64,000 nucleotides of DNA from an uncultured Cloacibacterium sp. GTDB taxonomy: Bacteria > Bacteroidota > Bacteroidia > Flavobacteriales > Weeksellaceae. Location of the stretch: contig CAZHCK010000001.1 in assembly GCA_964530915.1 (NCBI GenBank), positions 4,012-68,011 of the forward strand. The letters run 5' to 3'. Positions within the stretch are counted from its first letter, which is position 1. The number at the start of each line of letters is the position of its first letter. The notes beneath the pieces were generated by a model. The model saw nothing but the letters and a program-made list of their open reading frames with translations, did no database searches and was not told the origin of the DNA. Made by a program: the position numbers and the translations under genes. Below are positions 58,480 to 64,000 of the stretch, in pieces.

Positions 58480-60504
58480 TTACCAGATTTTAATTCTGTC
58501 TTCTGGTTTTTTGTAATGTTTGTCGCCTTCTTTTACGCCAAATGCTTTATACCAAGCTTCTGTGTTTACTAGCGGACCAAATGCTCTGTACATTCCTGGT
58601 GAATGCGAATCTGTTTTCACTTGGTTGATGTAGAATTTCTCAGTTCCTTTAGTTCTCCAAACAGTTGCCCAACTTAAGAAAAATCTTTGATTTTGGTCAA
58701 ATCCGCTAATTTTACCTGGGTTTCCTTTGTCTTTAAGGTACATTTGAAGTGCATCAAAAGCGATATTTACACCACCTAAATCTGCAATATTTTCGCCCAT
58801 GGTAAATTTACCGTTTACGAAACTTCCTTTTACTGGTTCGTAAGCAGAATATTGAGCATCTAACTTCGCTGTAGCTATTTCAAATTTCTTTCTGTCTTCG
58901 TCTGTCCACCAATTGTTAAGGTTTCCATCTCCGTCAAATCTAGAACCACCATCGTCAAATCCGTGAGAAATTTCGTGACCGATTACCGCTCCAATTCCTC
59001 CGAAATTTACCGCAGGATCTGCTTTGAAATCAAAGAAAGGTGCTTGTAAAATTCCAGCAGGGAAAACGATTTCGTTATTAGAAGCACTATAATATGCGTT
59101 AACCGTTTGAGGCGTCATTCCCCATTTTGTTTTATCTACTTTTTTACCAATTTTTTCTACATTTTTTTGATAATTCCAAGTCGTGATGTTTTGTCTGTTT
59201 TGGAAATATGAATCTGGACTTACCGTTAATTTAGAATAATCTTCCCACTTATCTGGATAAGCAATTTTCACTTTGAATTTTGATAATTTATCAAGTGCTT
59301 TCACTTTGGTCTCATCACTCATCCAATCTAGGTTTGAGATATGCTCATGGTAAGCTTTTTTAAGATAATCTACCATGGTTACCATTTCTTCTTTTGCTTC
59401 TGCTGGGAAATATTTTTCTACATATAACTTACCGAAAGCTTCACCCAAAATACCATTTACTACTTCTAAACCACGCTTGTTCATGGCACGTTGTTCTTTT
59501 TGACCTTGAAGGAATTTTCCGTAAAAATCAAAACGCATATCGTCTAATTTTTTGTCTAAAACGCCAGCGTTTCCAGAAAGCATGTGGTATTTCATGTAAT
59601 CTTTTAACAATGGAAGATTCGCTTCGTTTACGAAAGCATCAAAGTTTTTAAAATATCCTAGCTCACCAAGAATTACTCTATCGGTTTTTACGCCAACTTG
59701 ATTTAAATATCCTGCTAAATCTACATTTTTAACCAAACCAGAAAGTTCTGAAACAGTTTTAGGATTGTAACGCTTATTGGCATCTCTTCCTTCTTCATTG
59801 GTTAATAAAGTTTTTGCTAATCTCTTTTCTAAATCTACAATTTTTGTGGCAGTCTCATTTGCATTTTGATAACCCAAAACTGTCAACATGCTCGAAACAT
59901 ATTTGGTGTATTCTGCAAGGGTTTTGGTGTTGGCTTCGTTTTCTTTTTGATAGTAATCTTTTCCTAAACCTAGAGCTGGACCGCCAAGATAAATCGCATT
60001 GTCATTAGACGCTTTAAGGTCTGCGCCTACTCTCCACATGTAGAAAATATTATCACCATTTGGAGTAGCTTCTACCAAATATTTTTGTAAATCTGCTACC
60101 GTTTTAATAGCATCAATTTTTGCTAAATCTGCTTTTATTGGGTTAATTCCGTCTGCATTTCTCTTGTCCCAATTCATGAAAGAAGAGTACAAATCTTGAA
60201 TTTTTTTGCCTTCTGTTCCTTCTGCATATTTTTCAGTCAAAATATTATTCAAGATGGCTAAAGAGTTTTCGTCTGTTTTCTCACGAAGTTCATTAAAACT
60301 TCCCCAACTTGCTTTGTCCGAAGGAATTTCTACCGTTTTTACCCAGTTTCCGTTTACATAAGTGAAGAAATCATCTTGCGGACGAACTGAAGTATCCATA
60401 AATTGAAGAGCAATTCCGTTTTCTGGTAATTGTTTTTGTGATGCACATGAACTTACTGTAAGCACAGCAGCTGCAGCCATCACTAGAAAAGGTACCTTTT
60501 TCAT
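58480..60504 (-). CDS. M13 family (neprilysin/PepO) metallopeptidase, lipoprotein
   Basis: Lipobox VSSC, PQDDF, VNAYY, HEISH, ENIAD, DSHSP. Confidence 0.95.
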   Translation of the reverse strand: MKKVPFLVMAAAAVLTVSSCASQKQLPENGIALQFMDTSVRPQDDFFTYVNGNWVKTVEIPSDKASWGSFNELREKTDENSLAILNNILTEKYAEGTEGKKIQDLYSSFMNWDKRNADGINPIKADLAKIDAIKTVADLQKYLVEATPNGDNIFYMWRVGADLKASNDNAIYLGGPALGLGKDYYQKENEANTKTLAEYTKYVSSMLTVLGYQNANETATKIVDLEKRLAKTLLTNEEGRDANKRYNPKTVSELSGLVKNVDLAGYLNQVGVKTDRVILGELGYFKNFDAFVNEANLPLLKDYMKYHMLSGNAGVLDKKLDDMRFDFYGKFLQGQKEQRAMNKRGLEVVNGILGEAFGKLYVEKYFPAEAKEEMVTMVDYLKKAYHEHISNLDWMSDETKVKALDKLSKFKVKIAYPDKWEDYSKLTVSPDSYFQNRQNITTWNYQKNVEKIGKKVDKTKWGMTPQTVNAYYSASNNEIVFPAGILQAPFFDFKADPAVNFGGIGAVIGHEISHGFDDGGSRFDGDGNLNNWWTDEDRKKFEIATAKLDAQYSAYEPVKGSFVNGKFTMGENIADLGGVNIAFDALQMYLKDKGNPGKISGFDQNQRFFLSWATVWRTKGTEKFYINQVKTDSHSPGMYRAFGPLVNTEAWYKAFGVKEGDKHYKKPEDRIKIW

Positions 60505-60523
60505 ATGAAGTTATTTATTATTT

Positions 60524-60589
60524 TTTAAAGGTCATATGTAATCGCTGAACATTCGTTGATGTTTGTATTTTTCATCATGGCGATTTCAT
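60524..60589 (-). promoter_or_regulatory. Conserved 5'-leader element, copy 1 (candidate cis-regulatory RNA)
   Basis: Homologous to 63621-63688; ends about 20 nt upstream of the ATG; AAUCGC/GCGAUU stem. Confidence 0.55.
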
Positions 60590-60749
60590 ATATAGTTCAT
60601 TATTAATTGTTCAAATTTAATAAAATCATCAGTTTTATTATGATTAGTTGATAAAAATTTGAATTTGTTTCAATAGACTTCATAAATAATAAAAAACCAC
60701 AGAAAATTCTGTGGTTTTAAGGTTTTTATGTTGAGAAAAATTTGGTTTC

Positions 60750-62837
60750 TTACCAGATTTTGATTCTTTCTTCTGGTTTTTTATAATGCTGGTCACCTTC
60801 TTTGACTTCGAAAGCGTTGTAGAATGCTTCTACATTTACCAACGGACCAAAAGCTCTGTATAAACCTGGTGAATGCGGATCTGTTTTCACCTGATTAATC
60901 ATGTATTTTTCTGTAGATTTAGTTCTCCAAATGGTTCCCCAACTTAAGAAAAATCTTTGATCTTGGTTGTAACCACTGATTAATCCTGGATTTCCTTTGT
61001 CTTTAAGGTACATTTGTAGTGCGTCATAAGCAATAGCAACTCCACCTAAATCTGCAATATTTTCGCCATTGGTAAATAAACCATTTACGAAAGTTCCTTT
61101 TACTGGTTCATATTTGCTGTATTGTTCTGCTAATTTTTTTGTCGCTTCTTCGAAGTTCTTTTTATCAGCATCAGTCCACCAATTTTTAAGGTTTCCGTCT
61201 CCATCGAACATTGCTCCTGAATCATCAAATCCGTGAGAAATTTCGTGGCCAATTACCGCTCCGATTCCTCCAAAATTCACTGCAGGATCAGCTTTGAAAT
61301 CAAAGAAAGGCGCTTGTAAAATAGCAGCTGGAAAAACGATTTCGTTATTTACTGGGTTGTAGTAAGCATTTACCGTTTGAGGAGTCATTCCCCATTCTTT
61401 TTTGTCGACTTTCTTACCTACTTTATCTAATTCTTTTTGATAAGCCCAATCTGCTACGTTTTTAAGATTTCCGTATAAAGATCCTCCTTCGTTTTTAGAA
61501 AGCACTTGTAATTTAGAATAGTCTTTCCACTCATCTGGATAACCTACTTTTACCGTGAATTTTGATAATTTATCTAAAGCTTTCGTTTTGGTTTCATCAC
61601 TCATCCAAGAAAGATTAGAAATATGCTGAACGTAAGATTTTTTAAGATAATCAATTAAAGTTACCATTTCTGCTTTTGCTTCGGCAGTAAAATATTTATC
61701 TACATATAATTTCCCGAAAGCTTCTCCAAGAACACCATTAATGGTAGAAAGTGCACGTTTGTTCATCGCGCGTTGTTCTTTTTGTCCACTCAAAGTTCTT
61801 CCGTAGAAATCAAACTGTAAATCGTCTAATTTTTGGTCTAAAACAGAAGCGCTTCCGTTCAATAATTTCACTTTTAAGAAATCTTTGATGAAAGGTAAAT
61901 TTTTAGCATTCAAAAATTTATCTAAATTTTTATAATACTCCAATTCACCGATGATTACTCTGTCTGTATTTACACCAGCGTTTTTAAGATAAGATGGTAA
62001 ATCTACATTTTTCACTAAAGATTTTAACTCTGACAATGTCTTCGGATTGTATTGAAGATTAGAATCTCTAATTTTTTCATTAGGAATTAAAGTTTGAGCG
62101 GCAGTTTTTTCAAAGTCAACTACTTTTTGAGCTGCAACTTCAGGATTCTTATACCCTAAAACCGTGTATAATTTGGTTAAATAATCTTTGTATTGACCGA
62201 TGGTTTTAGTGTTTTCTTCATTATCTTTTTGATAATAATCTCTTCCTAAACCAAGGTTTACATCTCCCATGTAAACTGCATTATCCGTAGAATTTTTAAG
62301 GTCTGCGTAAACTCCCCATCCATAAAATGGATTATCTCCAGTTTTGGTAGCTTCTACTAAATATTTTTGTAAATCTGCCATGGTTTTAATGGCGTCAATT
62401 TTCGCTAAATCACCTTTAATAGGAGCAATTCCGTCTGCATTACGCTTATCCATATCCATGTAAGTAGCATAAATATCTTGAATTTTTTGACCTTCAGTTC
62501 CTTTAGCGTAAGTTTCTTTCAATAAATTGTCTAAAATTTTAAGAGAATTAAGGTCAGTTTTTTCTCTTAATTCATTGAAACTTCCCCAACTTGCTTTATC
62601 CGCAGGAATCTGAGCAGTCTTCATCCAAGTTCCGTTTACGTAGTTGTAAAAATCGTCTTGCGGACGAACAGATTTGTCCATCAGTTCAATGGCAATTCCG
62701 TTTTCTGGAAGTTCTGCTGGTTTTAATTCTTCGATTGGAGCAGATGTAGGTTCTGTAGTTGCTTGTTTCTGAGTGCCACAAGAATCTAAAATGAGCATTC
62801 CTGAAAAAGCCAACACAGCGATTGATATTTTTTTCAT
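60750..62837 (-). CDS. M13 family metallopeptidase, lipoprotein (tandem paralog)
   Basis: Lipobox LDSC, PQDDF, VNAYY, HEISH, ENIAD, DPHSP. Confidence 0.95.
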   Translation of the reverse strand: MKKISIAVLAFSGMLILDSCGTQKQATTEPTSAPIEELKPAELPENGIAIELMDKSVRPQDDFYNYVNGTWMKTAQIPADKASWGSFNELREKTDLNSLKILDNLLKETYAKGTEGQKIQDIYATYMDMDKRNADGIAPIKGDLAKIDAIKTMADLQKYLVEATKTGDNPFYGWGVYADLKNSTDNAVYMGDVNLGLGRDYYQKDNEENTKTIGQYKDYLTKLYTVLGYKNPEVAAQKVVDFEKTAAQTLIPNEKIRDSNLQYNPKTLSELKSLVKNVDLPSYLKNAGVNTDRVIIGELEYYKNLDKFLNAKNLPFIKDFLKVKLLNGSASVLDQKLDDLQFDFYGRTLSGQKEQRAMNKRALSTINGVLGEAFGKLYVDKYFTAEAKAEMVTLIDYLKKSYVQHISNLSWMSDETKTKALDKLSKFTVKVGYPDEWKDYSKLQVLSKNEGGSLYGNLKNVADWAYQKELDKVGKKVDKKEWGMTPQTVNAYYNPVNNEIVFPAAILQAPFFDFKADPAVNFGGIGAVIGHEISHGFDDSGAMFDGDGNLKNWWTDADKKNFEEATKKLAEQYSKYEPVKGTFVNGLFTNGENIADLGGVAIAYDALQMYLKDKGNPGLISGYNQDQRFFLSWGTIWRTKSTEKYMINQVKTDPHSPGLYRAFGPLVNVEAFYNAFEVKEGDQHYKKPEERIKIW

Positions 62838-62938
62838 TTCTGTATGATTAATTAATGATGAATAAGTACAAATTTATAAGAAATTGTTACGTTTTAAAAT
62901 CAAAAAAGCCAAAGTTTAAAACTCTGGCTTCGATTTAT

Positions 62939-63601
62939 TTATTTGAAAGTTATCTTTCCGCCTAAAACATTTTTGGTATTTCTGTCTTTTGGAGAACCAT
63001 ATACGTCTATATTACCGCCTGCTCTAGTTGTGGCATTAAGGATTTTAGAGGCATTTACTTCTGCAAATCCACCTGCATTTGCAGTGATGGTAACGGTTTC
63101 AGAATCTAAATCTCTACCGTAAAATTGTGCGCCAGAATTCACCAAAATATCTTGAATTTCAGCGGTTCCAGACACATTAATCATACCACCAGAATTGGCT
63201 TTAGAGTTTAATAAATTCACATCTACTTGTAAATTCAGCGTAGAACCTTCGTTTGAAGTAATGCTGAGCATTTTGCTATCTATAGTTCCATCAGAAGTAA
63301 TTTTAGAACCTTGACTGGCTTGAATTTCGTTGATATCTTCATAGAAAACAGTCACCTCAGCTTTGTCGCCTTGCATAAGCTTAGTAGGAATCATTCTGAT
63401 TTTGAGTTCCCCATTTTTATTGACAATTTCTACATCTGGATCATCTCCTTTTACCTGAATTTTATTTTCACTGGATTTTACAAGGGTTACATTAATTCTG
63501 TCATAAACCTTTACTGCGCTGAAATCTCCAAAATTTTTGGAAGTTTGTGAATAAGCTACCTGAACCAAAAGAACTAGGAAACTAAAAATTATTTTTTTCA
63601 T
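62939..63601 (-). CDS. DUF2807 (head GIN domain) protein
   Basis: Signal peptide at MKKIIFS; repeated A.SG/A.AGG beta-helix pattern, AT.RAGGNIDVYGSP. Confidence 0.85.
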   Translation of the reverse strand: MKKIIFSFLVLLVQVAYSQTSKNFGDFSAVKVYDRINVTLVKSSENKIQVKGDDPDVEIVNKNGELKIRMIPTKLMQGDKAEVTVFYEDINEIQASQGSKITSDGTIDSKMLSITSNEGSTLNLQVDVNLLNSKANSGGMINVSGTAEIQDILVNSGAQFYGRDLDSETVTITANAGGFAEVNASKILNATTRAGGNIDVYGSPKDRNTKNVLGGKITFK

Positions 63602-63620
63602 AAGTAGATATTTATTGTTT

Positions 63621-63688
63621 TTTAAAGGTCTTATGCAATCGCTGAACATTCATTGACGTTTGAGTTATTTCAATCATAGCGATTTCAT
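63621..63688 (-). promoter_or_regulatory. Conserved 5'-leader element, copy 2
   Basis: Homologous to 60524-60589, same distance to the start codon. Confidence 0.55.
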
Positions 63689-63751
63689 TCTACATTATTT
63701 TAAAGATATAACAACTGTTTGTCCCATTTTATTACATGAGAAAGGCGAATT

Positions 63752-64000
63752 TTAATGATTTTCTTGAATTAAAATCTGAATTAAATCCTGCAAAACTTTT
63801 TGCGAAACAAAATTCATAAAATCTTTGCGCTCTAAATGAGGAAGATACAATCTGAAAGTCTTTTCATAATCTTTTACTCTAATCGAATAAAAAACAGTCC
63901 CAATTTCTGAATTAAATTCATCTGAATTAGGTCCTGCAACTCCAGTGGTAGAAAGTGCAACATCCGTTTTAAATAATTTCTGGCAACCCAAACTCATCGC
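63752..64000 (-). CDS. cinA: CinA/PncC family protein, C-terminal part (truncated by window edge)
   Basis: AMSLGCQKLFKTDVALSTTGVAGP...IGTVF. Confidence 0.85.
   Translation of the reverse strand, partial: AMSLGCQKLFKTDVALSTTGVAGPNSDEFNSEIGTVFYSIRVKDYEKTFRLYLPHLERKDFMNFVSQKVLQDLIQILIQENH

Overview
AT-rich bacterial chromosome segment from a Flavobacteriales member, most likely Weeksellaceae (Chryseobacterium/Cloacibacterium-like). This rests on gldD, TAnnTTTG promoters and A-rich non-SD start contexts. Most of it is housekeeping: mtaB, sdaA, mlaEFD, fhs, pnp, rpsO, queG, surA-like PPIases, mutY, HU, bS22, RNase E/G, mpl, the hmgA/hppD/fahA tyrosine-catabolism cluster, two M13 peptidases and tRNA-Leu(CAA). 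Several small accessory islets are inserted. The most notable (16.4-21.0 kb) is a putative RNA-repair ribonucleoprotein locus. It has a WYL regulator divergent from an atypical rtcB, then an unannotated 100-nt tRNA-mimic whose anticodon arm is replaced by a longer stem, then three tandem hairpins sharing a GU-UCCUA/AC motif reminiscent of the Y-RNA Ro-binding stem, then a 585-aa helical + TerD-like protein. Other islets: a two-gene cassette bracketed by a duplicated mtaB 3' end, an ABC-type ATPase + nuclease-like pair, a ParE-type toxin-antitoxin module bracketed by a duplicated terminator, a TcmP + DUF5131 pair, and a four-helix-bundle gene inside inverted 9-mer arrays. Three dispersed intergenic repeat families each occur twice, one with compensatory pairing changes and one sitting in 5' leaders. 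No CRISPR array, rRNA, transposase or integrase was seen. All family assignments come from visual motif recognition, not database searches.
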